A DNA stretch of 64,000 bases from an uncultured Planctomycetales bacterium (GCA_964428315.1 CAYRXT010000006.1:8071-72070); one strand, 5' to 3'; shown: positions 18,638-30,275, counted from the stretch's first letter. The notes: a model not told the origin generated them from the sequence alone. A program made the numbers and translations.

Positions 18638-20224
18638 ATGAAAATCCTTATCAGTGACAAATTGGCCGAAGAAGGCATTCGCATACTCCGGGAAGTTGAT
18701 TCCTTTCAGGTCGACAGCAAGCCCGGCCTTGCGCCTGAACAATTGAAATCCGTCATCAAAGATTATGACGCCCTCATTATTCGAAGCGGAACCAAGGTCA
18801 CTGCCGATGTTATCGAGGCGGCTGGCAAGCTCAAGTATATCGGCCGGGCCGGTGTGGGAGTGGATAACGTCGATCTCAAGGCCGCGACGAAGAAAGGGAT
18901 CGTGGTGATCAACACGCCGGGCGGCAATACAACAGCCACGGCCGAACATACTATGAGCCTGATTCTGGCCCTTTCGAGGAACATCCCGCAGGCATTCAAT
19001 TCATTGCGCGCCGGCAAATGGGAACGCTCGAAATTTACCGGCGTGGAACTTCACGGAAAGGTCTTGGGGATTATCGGCCTGGGCAGGATCGGTTCAACCG
19101 TGGCGCGCATGGCGAAGGGATTCGGCATGAACATTATTGCCTCCGATCCCTTTATCTCCGTTGAGATCGCTGGAAAAATGGGAATCGAGATGGTTGAACT
19201 GGACCGGTTGTTCAAGCAGGCCGATTATATCAGCGTCCATGTGCCGAAGAGCACGGAGACGAGCAGCCTGATTTCGGACAAGGAGTTCCAGAAGATGAAA
19301 AAAGGCGTGCGCCTCGTCAATTGCGCACGCGGGGGCATCGTCGATGAAGAGGCGCTTGTCAGGGCCATCGAGAAGGGTGTTGTGGCGGGCTGCGCCATGG
19401 ATGTCTACGCCAAGGAGCCCCCGCCGCCGGAGTCGCCCATTCTTAAACTGGATAATTGCATCACCACGCCGCATCTGGGCGCCGCCACTTCCGAGGCCCA
19501 GGTCAATGTGGCCATAGAGGTCGCGCAGACGGTTCGCAACGCCCTCTTGGGTAAGGGCGTGATCAACGCTGTCAATTTCCCGTCTCTGGATGCGGAGTCG
19601 TACAAGGTCCTGGAACCGTACATCGATCTCAACGAACGGATGGGGAAGTTTGCCGGTCAGCTCATCAACGGAGGCATCAAAAGTGTCAAAGTCACCTACA
19701 GCGGCGATATGACCGCACACAAGGTGGCCCCTATGACGATGTCGTTGATCTACGGTTTGCTGGTCCCGATTCTGGGGAGAGAGGCCGTCAATCCAGTGAA
19801 CTCCGTCGATCTGGCCAAGGAACGGGGCATCAAGATACAAGAGGTCACCTCGAATGAAGAAGTGGAATTCGTCAATCTCGTTGATGTCCAGATCGAGACC
19901 GATAAGGAAGAATTTTCTCTCTGGGGGACTCTCTCGGGAAACAGCCAGCCGAGGATCGTCAAGATCAACAAGGTCTATGTCGAGGCCAAGCCCGAAGGGC
20001 ACATGCTGTATATCAACAACAATGACCGCCGAGGCATCGTCGGCGCCGTGGGCACCATACTCGCTGAAGGGGACATCAATATCGGCGGGATCACCTTTGG
20101 ACGTGAATTCCAGGGGAGCCTCGTCATCTGCGTGGTGAACATCGACAGCGCGGTTCCAAAGGAGATCATTGAACGATTAGAAAAGGTCCACGACATTCTT
20201 CTTGTCAAGCCGGTTTATGTGTGA
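18638..20224 (+). CDS. serA: D-3-phosphoglycerate dehydrogenase (with C-terminal ACT domain)
   Basis: 528 aa from Met at 18638 (the track ORF begins upstream at 18584). NAD-binding GIIGLGRIGS. The C-terminal ASB/ACT domains give the long SerA form. Confidence 0.9.
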   Translation: MKILISDKLAEEGIRILREVDSFQVDSKPGLAPEQLKSVIKDYDALIIRSGTKVTADVIEAAGKLKYIGRAGVGVDNVDLKAATKKGIVVINTPGGNTTATAEHTMSLILALSRNIPQAFNSLRAGKWERSKFTGVELHGKVLGIIGLGRIGSTVARMAKGFGMNIIASDPFISVEIAGKMGIEMVELDRLFKQADYISVHVPKSTETSSLISDKEFQKMKKGVRLVNCARGGIVDEEALVRAIEKGVVAGCAMDVYAKEPPPPESPILKLDNCITTPHLGAATSEAQVNVAIEVAQTVRNALLGKGVINAVNFPSLDAESYKVLEPYIDLNERMGKFAGQLINGGIKSVKVTYSGDMTAHKVAPMTMSLIYGLLVPILGREAVNPVNSVDLAKERGIKIQEVTSNEEVEFVNLVDVQIETDKEEFSLWGTLSGNSQPRIVKINKVYVEAKPEGHMLYINNNDRRGIVGAVGTILAEGDINIGGITFGREFQGSLVICVVNIDSAVPKEIIERLEKVHDILLVKPVYV

Positions 20225-20271
20225 ACCTCGTGAAGCCATGTGTGGGGGAAGAAGACTGAGACGGCCGAACG

Positions 20272-22294
<2,023 letters not shown>

Positions 22295-22354
22295 TGCGCG
22301 TGTAACCTCTTTAATGTTATCTTCTTAGAAAGATATCCCAACCCCATTATTTCC

Positions 22355-22383
22355 TTGACTTTGATTTCTCTATATGGTAATTT
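22355..22383 (+). promoter_or_regulatory. Candidate sigma70 promoter (TTGACT-17nt-TAATTT) for the ompA-like gene
   Basis: In the AT-rich spacer after purA. A strong RBS AAGGAGG lies 8 nt before the ATG at 22409. Confidence 0.35.
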
Positions 22384-22408
22384 GGCTTACTGAACAAAGG
22401 AGGATTCC

Positions 22409-23032
22409 ATGCCGAATATCCGAAAGTATCCAGTTGCCGCCCTGATCGCCATTCTTATGGCGTTGTCTTTATCCAGCTGTACATTCATTTTTCAAAAAGG
22501 CAGACGTTCCGATGCCGAGAAGATCACACACCTGAAAAGCCGTTTGTCTGAACTTGAAAACGCTAAAGCCGAACTGGAAGACCGGCTCCGCCAGGAAATC
22601 GACGATAAACAGGTCAAGGTCGAGATGTTGGAAAGGGGCCTTGTCATCACTTTCGTGGCAGAGGTTTTATTCGATTCCGGCAAGGCCAAGCTCAGACCCG
22701 AGGCCCTCTCCACTCTGGATAAAGTGGCCGAGGTTCTCAAGACCACGGTCAGAGATTTGAACGTAGGGATCGAAGGGCATACCGATAATGTGCCGATCAA
22801 ACATTCCGGCTGGAAATCCAACTGGGAATTATCATCGCACCGGGCCTTAAGCGTGCTTCATTATCTTATTGAAAGTGAGGATATTGAAGCGGATCGCCTA
22901 TCTGCCACAGGTTACGGAGAATTCAGACCCGTTGCCGGAAATGAAACCGCCCAGGGAAGGCAGAAAAACCGCCGTGTGGAAATCGTAATACTGCCGAACG
23001 TTCAAAAAGAAGAAGGCGTGAACCTCAAATAA
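22409..23032 (+). CDS. OmpA-family lipoprotein (lipobox, coiled coil, OmpA_C peptidoglycan-binding domain)
   Basis: 207 aa. Lipobox LSLSSC. The OmpA_C core is VLFDSGKAKLRPEA...GHTDNVP...NRRVEI. Confidence 0.75.
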   Translation: MPNIRKYPVAALIAILMALSLSSCTFIFQKGRRSDAEKITHLKSRLSELENAKAELEDRLRQEIDDKQVKVEMLERGLVITFVAEVLFDSGKAKLRPEALSTLDKVAEVLKTTVRDLNVGIEGHTDNVPIKHSGWKSNWELSSHRALSVLHYLIESEDIEADRLSATGYGEFRPVAGNETAQGRQKNRRVEIVILPNVQKEEGVNLK

Positions 23033-23054
23033 TCTTTAACAAAGGAAGATAAAG

Positions 23055-23432
23055 TTGAAAACGCGCTTACCGATCTTATGGATTGTTGTTGTGGCAGCAT
23101 GTATTTCCATTATAGTAATTCTCAACAAGGCCCTCGTAAAGACCCGGGATCAGTTGGATAGTGAGCGGCACAAACGGTTTGTCGCCGAAGAGCAATTAGA
23201 GAGGTCCAAGACCCAGATGAACAAACTGGGGGCCTCTTTGCGGCAGACTGAGAAACGGCTGGAGGATATCCAGGAGAATCTGCAAAAAGAGAAGTCCGCC
23301 TTTCAGAAGCTTAAGAGTGAATTTAACCATGTCGTTGAAGTGAAGCAGGAGCTGGAGAACAACATGCAGAAGGCTCTGACTCCCGCACAGGATTCAGACT
23401 CCGTCGAAGAGAAATCCGGGCATAGCAATTAG
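23055..23432 (+). CDS. Small membrane-anchored coiled-coil protein (FtsB/DivIC-like architecture), hypothetical
   Basis: 125 aa with a TTG start after RBS AAAGGAAG. One N-terminal TM helix followed by ~90 aa of heptad-rich sequence. Confidence 0.5.
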   Translation: MKTRLPILWIVVVAACISIIVILNKALVKTRDQLDSERHKRFVAEEQLERSKTQMNKLGASLRQTEKRLEDIQENLQKEKSAFQKLKSEFNHVVEVKQELENNMQKALTPAQDSDSVEEKSGHSN

Positions 23433-23484
23433 CCTTCAGGACCATGATGCGTTGAAGAGTGTTAAACAGGGGCAGATCGCACAG

Positions 23485-23514
23485 ATGGGGGATGATAATC
23501 CCCCATTTTGTTTG
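23485..23514 (+). terminator. Intrinsic terminator
   Basis: Stem ATGGGGGA / TCCCCCAT with loop TGATAA, followed by TTTTGTTTG. Confidence 0.55.
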
Positions 23515-23547
23515 CAGGATCAATGACCTTAAGAAAAGAGGTGAGCT

Positions 23548-24675
23548 ATGGCGCAAAAGAAAAAGGGCTCAGAAAAGAAGACACCGGTTAAGCGTGTAAA
23601 AACGTTCAATGCGGAGAGGTCTAAGGCTTCCGGAAAAAAACAGAAAAGGGTCGCGAAGAAAAAGGCCCCTACGCTTGCGAAGACAAGTCGAAAAAGATCT
23701 GCGAAAGTATCCGGTCAGAAAAAGCCGGAGAGACCTCCGGCATCAGTTCAGCCGGTAGAAAAAATGCATGTCCGATCGCCGGGAGAGACGGTATTGATCG
23801 GAGAGACCCAACCGCGGGAAACGCAGACCCGTTGGCAGGATCTTCCCCAACGGTACGGAGAGGATAAAATCGTTCTCCATATGCGTGATCCATGGTGGTT
23901 GTACACCTATTGGGAGCTTCAAACAGAAACAGTCGAATATATCCAAAGGGAGTTCACGGGACTGTTTGAGGGGGCGAGACGGATCCTGAGGGTTTACAAC
24001 ATAACCGGTGTCTCTCATTTTGACGGAGATAACGCCAACGAATACTATGACATCGATATCGGGGACGAAGCCCTGAATTGGTATATCGAGGTCCCGGATG
24101 CCGGAAACAGCTGGTGCATCGACCTGGGATTTATTCTTAATGACGGAACTTTTCTTTGTGTGGTCCGTTCTAACATCGTTCATATGCCGTCTGCGGCGCC
24201 CAGCCCCGTTCTTGACGAAGAGTGGATGATTCCCGACGAGCTGTTTCAGCGGCTTTTTGGCCGGGAAGGATATCAGCAGTCCATGACATCGTTGGGCGGA
24301 CGCCAATTCGCCTCACAGGTTTTTCCTTGGGCCCTCAGCAGTTTTCCGATAAGCAGTTTTGTGAATGTCAGCAGCTGGGGTGTAAGCAGTTTCAGTCTTC
24401 CCGGCAGTTTCTCCATGCCGGGTTCGTTCAACGTCGGCAGTTGGTCGATGGGAAGCTGGGGTGTGAGCAGTTTGAGTCAATTGAAGCCGTTCAAGGGATC
24501 GATGGCCAGGGTAACGAATCTATCCAGGGCACAGGCGAAACGACCTCACAAAAACAAGACCCGTTCGGTCATAATGCCTGAAAAAAAGAGGCCCCCCCTG
24601 CGCATGAACGTGAGCAAACTGGATAAATCCCAAAGGATCAGATCCCGCGGGAAAAGGACTGTGAAAATAAAATAA
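23548..24675 (+). CDS. DUF4912-domain protein with Lys-rich N-terminus and Ser/Trp/Phe-rich C-terminal low-complexity region
   Basis: 375 aa. The central region (RDPWWLYTYWEL...NWYIEVPDAG) matches my recollection of DUF4912, a family typically encoded next to GH57 genes. A GH57 gene follows here. Confidence 0.6.
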   Translation: MAQKKKGSEKKTPVKRVKTFNAERSKASGKKQKRVAKKKAPTLAKTSRKRSAKVSGQKKPERPPASVQPVEKMHVRSPGETVLIGETQPRETQTRWQDLPQRYGEDKIVLHMRDPWWLYTYWELQTETVEYIQREFTGLFEGARRILRVYNITGVSHFDGDNANEYYDIDIGDEALNWYIEVPDAGNSWCIDLGFILNDGTFLCVVRSNIVHMPSAAPSPVLDEEWMIPDELFQRLFGREGYQQSMTSLGGRQFASQVFPWALSSFPISSFVNVSSWGVSSFSLPGSFSMPGSFNVGSWSMGSWGVSSLSQLKPFKGSMARVTNLSRAQAKRPHKNKTRSVIMPEKKRPPLRMNVSKLDKSQRIRSRGKRTVKIK

Positions 24676-24742
24676 ACCATGCGTGTCCAGATTAGGAATG
24701 CACTGTCGAGGAGAACTCGTCTTAGAGACATAAAACCCGAAG

Positions 24743-24866
24743 TCATTGCGAGCGACTACAGGTTTTCTCTTCTTAGGAGCGAAGCAATCTCTACCGTCGA
24801 CAAGAGATTGCTTCGCCCCCTTGGGGGGGCTTCGTTCCCCGCTTTTGGCGGGGTCCTCGCAATGAC
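24743..24866. repeat. Dense nested inverted-repeat element (possible REP/MITE-like unit or structured RNA leader of the GH57 gene)
   Basis: An 11-bp outer inverted repeat, GTCATTGCGAG at 24743-24753 and CTCGCAATGAC at 24856-24866, encloses three parts. The first is a perfect 14-bp hairpin, GCGAAGCAATCTCT (24779-24792) and AGAGATTGCTTCGC (24803-24816), whose loop contains GTCGAC. The second is CCCCCTTGGGGG. The third is the CCCCGC-TTTTG-GCGGGG hairpin (24837-24853). Confidence 0.5.
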
Positions 24867-24899
24867 GGCTAATTTGGACAGCAATGAAAATAAAGATAA

Positions 24900-26483
24900 A
24901 TGGAAAAAGGGTACTTAAGCTTAATTCTTCACGGGCATCTGCCGTATATCCGGCATCCCGAACATGAACACTTTTTGGAAGAGATATGGTTTTATGAAGG
25001 CATCTCCGAAACATATGTGCCTTTGATCCTGGTCTTTGAAAAGCTCATCCAGGACGGCGTTGATTTCCGTCTGACCATGACGTTAAGTCCCACGTTGATT
25101 TCCATGTTCTGTGACCCCCTCCTTCAGGGGCGGTACCTGAGACATGTGGATAATCTTATTGAACTTTCCGAGAAGGAGATCCACCGGACAAGAAATGATT
25201 CCGCCTTCAACGCCCTTGCCTATATGTACCGGGAGCATTTTATCCTTTCGAGGGATGTCTTTTTGCGCTATGGCAGGAATCTGACGAATGCCTTTCGGGC
25301 TTTCCAGGACGCGGGAAAGCTTGAGATCATCACATGCGGTGCCACGCACGGATTTTTCCCCTTGATGAATGTATCCCGAGAGTCCGTTCGGGCACAGGTC
25401 GCGGTGGCCGTTGACCATTACAAACGGCATTTTGGCCGTGCTCCTCTGGGCATCTGGCTGCCGGAATGCGGTTACCTTCCCGGCCATGACGAGATCCTCA
25501 AACAAAACGGCATCAAATATTTTATCAGTGATGTGCACGGCGTATTGCACGCCACGCCCCGGCCGAAATACGGCAACATGGCTCCCATCTATTGTCAATC
25601 CGGCGTGGCCTGTTTTGCGCGTGACGTGGAATCGTCCAAGCAGGTCTGGTCTTCCATTGAAGGGTATCCCGGTGATTATAACTACAGGGATTTTTACCGG
25701 GATATCGGCTTTGACCTGGATTATGATTACATCAAACCGTATATTCATCCCGACGGAGTGCGCATCCACACGGGGATAAAATATCACCGCATCACCGGGG
25801 AGACGCAGGACAAACAGCCTTACGTCAGGCAGTGGGCCCTGGACAGGGCGGCCGAACATGCGGGTAATTTCATGTTTAACCGCCATCGTCAGGTGGAATA
25901 TCTCTATGAGGCCCTTAAGCGCAAGCCGATCCTGGTCTCGCCTTACGATGCGGAATTATTCGGACACTGGTGGTTTGAGGGGCCTCAATGGCTGGAGTTC
26001 CTGATCCGGAAATTGCATTTCGACCAGGACATGATCAGAATGGTATCGCCTTACGACTACTTGAAGGACAATCCCCGCCAGCAGGTGGCCACGCCTTCCA
26101 TGTCGAGTTGGGGTTATAAGGGATACTGCGAGGTTTGGTTGATGGGACGCAACGACTGGATATACCGCCATCTCAACAAGGCCTCCGAACGGATGACAGA
26201 ACTGGCCCGCCGCTTCAATTCGAACTCGATTAGTGAGCTGAAACGCCGCGCCTTGAATCAGGCCTTACGGGAACTCCTTTTAGCCCAGAGTTCGGACTGG
26301 GCGTTTATTATTGCGAATGACACCCATGTCGAATACGCCGTGCGGAGGACAAAAAAACATCTTCTCCAATTCAACCAGCTTTATGAAGATGTATTATCAG
26401 ACAGGATTGATTCCCGTTGGCTGGATGAAGTGGAGAGCAAAGACAATATTTTTTCTGATATTGATTTTCGGGTACACCAATGA
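24900..26483 (+). CDS. Glycoside hydrolase family 57 enzyme (1,4-alpha-glucan branching enzyme type)
   Basis: 527 aa. The N-terminus LILHGHLPYIRHPE and the overall GH57 catalytic-domain organisation fit. Confidence 0.85.
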   Translation: MEKGYLSLILHGHLPYIRHPEHEHFLEEIWFYEGISETYVPLILVFEKLIQDGVDFRLTMTLSPTLISMFCDPLLQGRYLRHVDNLIELSEKEIHRTRNDSAFNALAYMYREHFILSRDVFLRYGRNLTNAFRAFQDAGKLEIITCGATHGFFPLMNVSRESVRAQVAVAVDHYKRHFGRAPLGIWLPECGYLPGHDEILKQNGIKYFISDVHGVLHATPRPKYGNMAPIYCQSGVACFARDVESSKQVWSSIEGYPGDYNYRDFYRDIGFDLDYDYIKPYIHPDGVRIHTGIKYHRITGETQDKQPYVRQWALDRAAEHAGNFMFNRHRQVEYLYEALKRKPILVSPYDAELFGHWWFEGPQWLEFLIRKLHFDQDMIRMVSPYDYLKDNPRQQVATPSMSSWGYKGYCEVWLMGRNDWIYRHLNKASERMTELARRFNSNSISELKRRALNQALRELLLAQSSDWAFIIANDTHVEYAVRRTKKHLLQFNQLYEDVLSDRIDSRWLDEVESKDNIFSDIDFRVHQ

Positions 26484-27205
26484 TCGATAACAACGGCTTA
26501 CCGGAGCATATAGCCATCATCATGGACGGTAACGGACGGTGGGCCAGACAGAGAAATCTATTGCGCACCCAGGGTCATCTCGAAGGCGTGAAACGCGTTG
26601 AAGAGATTACCCGGGTGGCGGCCCGTCTGGGGATAAAGATCCTGACGCTCTTTGCCTTTTCCACAGAGAACTGGCAGCGGCCGAAGGACGAAGTCAACAT
26701 GCTTATGCGCACGTTCATCCAGGTCCTGAATAACAAAATCAAAGAATTGCGTAATGCCAATATCCGGTTTCACTGGATCGGGCGGCGGGACCATATCCCC
26801 CGCGAGGTCTGGCAATGCATCGAGGAGGCCGTCAGGCTCACCGGTGAGAATACCGGATTGACACTGAATCTGGCTCTCAATTACGGGGGCCGGACCGAAA
26901 TCGTTGACGCGGCGAGACGGCTGGCGCAAAAAGTGCGAAACGAGGAACTGTCTTGCGAGGATATCTCCGAGGATGTTTTTGGCAAGCAGCTTTACACGGC
27001 CGCTTTCCCCGACCCCGATCTCCTGATACGGACCTCGGGAGAGAAGAGGATCAGCAACTTCTTGTTGTGGCAGCTGTCTTATTCGGAACTGTATTTTACG
27101 GAGAAGTTCTGGCCCGAATTTAACGAAGAAGAATTTGTCAAGGCCCTCAACGATTTCAAGCAACGGGAGAGACGATACGGCACGGTAGGACAGCCGAATC
27201 ATTGA
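26480..27205 (+). CDS. uppS: Undecaprenyl diphosphate synthase (cis-prenyltransferase)
   Basis: 241 aa. HIAIIMDGNGRWA and ENWQRP motifs. Confidence 0.9.
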   Translation: MIDNNGLPEHIAIIMDGNGRWARQRNLLRTQGHLEGVKRVEEITRVAARLGIKILTLFAFSTENWQRPKDEVNMLMRTFIQVLNNKIKELRNANIRFHWIGRRDHIPREVWQCIEEAVRLTGENTGLTLNLALNYGGRTEIVDAARRLAQKVRNEELSCEDISEDVFGKQLYTAAFPDPDLLIRTSGEKRISNFLLWQLSYSELYFTEKFWPEFNEEEFVKALNDFKQRERRYGTVGQPNH

Positions 27206-27206
27206 T

Positions 27207-28034
27207 ATGTCGAAGAACCGTATTATCAGCGCGCTTTTCATGATTGTGTTGGCGGCCGTCGCGGTCGTCAACAGCTGGGTCTTTATATTGGTGATGGTGG
27301 CACTGACCATAGGGGGGCTATACGAGTTCTTTTACATGATCAAGAAGAAGGGTATCCCCATTTACAGCTATGTGGGGATATTTATCGGAGTGATGATCCC
27401 CTTGTCGATTTTTACCGAGTTCGAATTGACGAAAAATTGGGAACTGCTGTTCATCGTCCTCGGCTTTCTTATTATCCTTCTTATGCAGTTCGCCCGAAAA
27501 GACAACCGGAACGCCGTGGTGGGGGTTTCGACGACGCTTTTCGGAATTCTCTATGTGGCTTGGTTTTTCAGTTTTCTGGTCAAGATTCGCCTTCTGCTTC
27601 CGGATGTGTCCGGAGCGAATCTGCTGGCCTTCATACTTCTGGTGACAAAGTCCGGAGATATCGGCGCTCTTTTTATCGGGAGACAGTGGGGGAGACACCC
27701 CCTGTTGCCGAGCATCAGTCCCCTTAAGACGGTTGAGGGATATGTCGGGAGCTTGAGCTTCAGTGTGATCGTGGCTGTGCTGGCCCGGCCTTTACTGCCG
27801 GGTGTCCTGCATTTTTCCTGGATCCACGTCGCGCTTATGGGCGCTTTTTTCGGAGGGATGGGGCAGGTCGGGGATTTGTCGGAGTCCTTGATTAAACGGG
27901 ACTGTAACGTGAAAGATTCCGGCAGATTGCTTCCGGGCATGGGGGGCGTCCTGGATGTCATCGACAGCCTGCTCTTTTCGGCTCCGACATTTTATCTGTA
28001 TATGAATGCGGCATTGAGTGCGGTCAGGCCATGA
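27207..28034 (+). CDS. cdsA: Phosphatidate cytidylyltransferase (CDP-diglyceride synthase)
   Basis: 275 aa polytopic membrane protein. CdsA signature SLIKRDCNVKDSGRLLPGMGGVLD. Confidence 0.9.
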   Translation: MSKNRIISALFMIVLAAVAVVNSWVFILVMVALTIGGLYEFFYMIKKKGIPIYSYVGIFIGVMIPLSIFTEFELTKNWELLFIVLGFLIILLMQFARKDNRNAVVGVSTTLFGILYVAWFFSFLVKIRLLLPDVSGANLLAFILLVTKSGDIGALFIGRQWGRHPLLPSISPLKTVEGYVGSLSFSVIVAVLARPLLPGVLHFSWIHVALMGAFFGGMGQVGDLSESLIKRDCNVKDSGRLLPGMGGVLDVIDSLLFSAPTFYLYMNAALSAVRP

Positions 28035-29185
28035 TAAAAAGAATTGCCGTGTTGGGTTCGACAGGAACCATTGGAGACAACACGCTCAGAATTGCCGAAC
28101 GTTTCCCGAAAAGATTCAGAGTCGTAGCGTTATCGGCGTTCAATAATGTCAGAAAGCTGGAGCATCAAATCCGCAGATTCGCTCCGCGGCACATTGCGGT
28201 CAAGGCTTCGTTCATTGAGAGATTGAAAGCGGAAAGACCTTCGGTTCGGCGGCCCAGGATTTGGGATGCCGAGACATCCACCGAACGCCTTGCCGCACTG
28301 CCGGAGGTCGATACCGTGATCATCGGTATCCGGGGCGCGGCGGCCTTAAGGCCGTTTTTAAGCGCTGTGAAAAGCGGTAAGACCGTTGCGCCGGCCAACA
28401 AGGAGGCCTTGGTGATGGCCGGGCAGGTCATCATGCGCGAGGCGAAAAGGCATAAAGCGATTATTGTCCCGGTGGACAGCGAGCAGAGCGCCGTTTTCCA
28501 GTGCCTGCAGGGCCAGCGCAGAGCGGACCTGAGAAAGATTATCTTAACGGCTTCGGGCGGCGCGCTGTTTCATGTGAACAAAAGGCAGTTCGGGCGATTG
28601 ACCAAACAGCAGGTCCTGTCTCATCCTCGCTGGCGCATGGGGGAGAAGATCACCGTGGATTCCGCTACCATGATGAACAAAGGCCTTGAGGTGATCGAGG
28701 CGAGCTGGCTGTTTGACGTGCCTGTCGAGCAGATTGATATCGTCATCCATCCCGAGGCGATCATCCACTCCATGGTCGAATTCAAGGACGGGTGCGTTCT
28801 TGCACAGATGGGTGTTACGGACATGCGGTTACCTATCCAGTATGCCATGACCTATCCGCAGCGCTGGGAGACAGGTTTACCGCCACTGGATTTCGCGCAG
28901 CTCGGACGATTCACGTTTTTGAAACCGGATCAGAAAAAGTTTCCGGCTCTGGGATTATGCTTCTGGGTCGCAAAACGAAGAGGCACTTACCCGAGCGTCT
29001 TGAACGCGGCCAATGAAGTGGCCGTGGAGGCGTTTTTGAAAGACAAAATCAAATTCTCGTCAATTATTGCTATTGTTGAAAAGGTTATAGAAAGGCACCG
29101 GAATAAAAAAGAACCGGATCTGTCTGACCTTTGTCAGGCGGATCAGTGGGGTCGGAGAGAGGCCCGCCGGTTGATAGGATCATAA
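28031..29185 (+). CDS. dxr: 1-deoxy-D-xylulose 5-phosphate reductoisomerase
   Basis: 384 aa. N-terminus LGSTGSIG and the canonical uppS-cdsA-dxr-rseP order. Confidence 0.95.
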   Translation: MIKRIAVLGSTGTIGDNTLRIAERFPKRFRVVALSAFNNVRKLEHQIRRFAPRHIAVKASFIERLKAERPSVRRPRIWDAETSTERLAALPEVDTVIIGIRGAAALRPFLSAVKSGKTVAPANKEALVMAGQVIMREAKRHKAIIVPVDSEQSAVFQCLQGQRRADLRKIILTASGGALFHVNKRQFGRLTKQQVLSHPRWRMGEKITVDSATMMNKGLEVIEASWLFDVPVEQIDIVIHPEAIIHSMVEFKDGCVLAQMGVTDMRLPIQYAMTYPQRWETGLPPLDFAQLGRFTFLKPDQKKFPALGLCFWVAKRRGTYPSVLNAANEVAVEAFLKDKIKFSSIIAIVEKVIERHRNKKEPDLSDLCQADQWGRREARRLIGS

Positions 29186-29186
29186 C

Positions 29187-30275
29187 ATGTATATTCTCGT
29201 TTTCCTTCTGGTACTCAGCATCCTGATTCTTGTCCATGAATACGGCCATTATAAAATGGCTAAGGCCCTTGGTGTCAGGGTTGAGAGATTTTCTCTGGGG
29301 TTCGGACCCAAGCTGGTGTCCCGCGTCCGCGGGGAGACGGAATTCGCCGTAGGTGTGATCCCCTTGGGGGGCTATGTCAAAATGGCGGGAGAAGACAAGA
29401 GCCAGTGCACGGGGGCCAGGAATGAATTTTATTCACGTCCTCCCGGTCATCGGGGTCTTATCATCCTGATGGGCCCCCTGGTGAATTATCTGCTTGGTTT
29501 TTTCTGTTTCTGGCTTGTATTTTCGGTAGGCTATCCCGCCCTGGCTCCGAAGGTCGGGGACGTTATCGAGGGTTATCCGGCCCAGGATGCTGATATGCGA
29601 CCCGGCGACATTATCCTGACAATCGGAGGACAGGCGGTCACGAACTGGGAAGATATCCAGAAATATGTCACCGAATCAAAGACGCAGGTCGTACAGCTCA
29701 CCATTCAGCGCGGCGACAGGATTCTTTCAAAAGAAATTATACCCGCCGTTGACCGGCTGGAAAACATTTTCGGTCAGAAGGAAGAAGTGCGTATTATCGG
29801 AATTCAGCCGGAAAAAGAGATTAGGCTTCTGAAATATTCTCCGGGAACGGCTTTTTTCAAGTCCGGAGAGAGGATAGGAGAAATCACCTATTTGACATAT
29901 AAGGCGCTCTGGCGGATGGCCACCGGCGCCATGTCGGCCCGAAAAGCGGTGACCGGACCGATCGGGATCTTTTATATCATCAAAGACGCGACGGATCTGG
30001 GTTTTTCCTACGTGGTGTATGTTTTGGCTATTATCAGTGTCAGCCTGGCCATCTTCAATCTTCTCCCTCTGCCGATTCTGGATGGAGGCCACCTGTTGTT
30101 TTTGCTGATAGAAAAAATGCGCGGTCAACCGGTATCCGACAAGGTCGATGATATCGTTAACCGCGTCGGTTTCGCGTTGATTATCTTCATCGCCCTTTTC
30201 GTTTTTTACACCGATTTTATGCGTTACGGCTTATTTGATAAGATCCTGGAGTATTGGCAGAAGATGGGATCGTGA
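29187..30275 (+). CDS. rseP: RIP zinc metalloprotease (site-2 protease)
   Basis: 362 aa. HEYGHY zinc motif at the N-terminus, a single PDZ-like region and LDGG motif. Confidence 0.9.
   Translation: MYILVFLLVLSILILVHEYGHYKMAKALGVRVERFSLGFGPKLVSRVRGETEFAVGVIPLGGYVKMAGEDKSQCTGARNEFYSRPPGHRGLIILMGPLVNYLLGFFCFWLVFSVGYPALAPKVGDVIEGYPAQDADMRPGDIILTIGGQAVTNWEDIQKYVTESKTQVVQLTIQRGDRILSKEIIPAVDRLENIFGQKEEVRIIGIQPEKEIRLLKYSPGTAFFKSGERIGEITYLTYKALWRMATGAMSARKAVTGPIGIFYIIKDATDLGFSYVVYVLAIISVSLAIFNLLPLPILDGGHLLFLLIEKMRGQPVSDKVDDIVNRVGFALIIFIALFVFYTDFMRYGLFDKILEYWQKMGS

Noticed and set aside
19094-20002. 302-aa minus-strand ORF inside serA
   Set aside because: Antisense to a well-supported gene, with no motifs.
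24679-24918. 79-aa ORF spanning the palindromic element
   Set aside because: The ORF is created by the nested inverted repeats. It has no RBS, and its sequence is dictated by palindrome symmetry.
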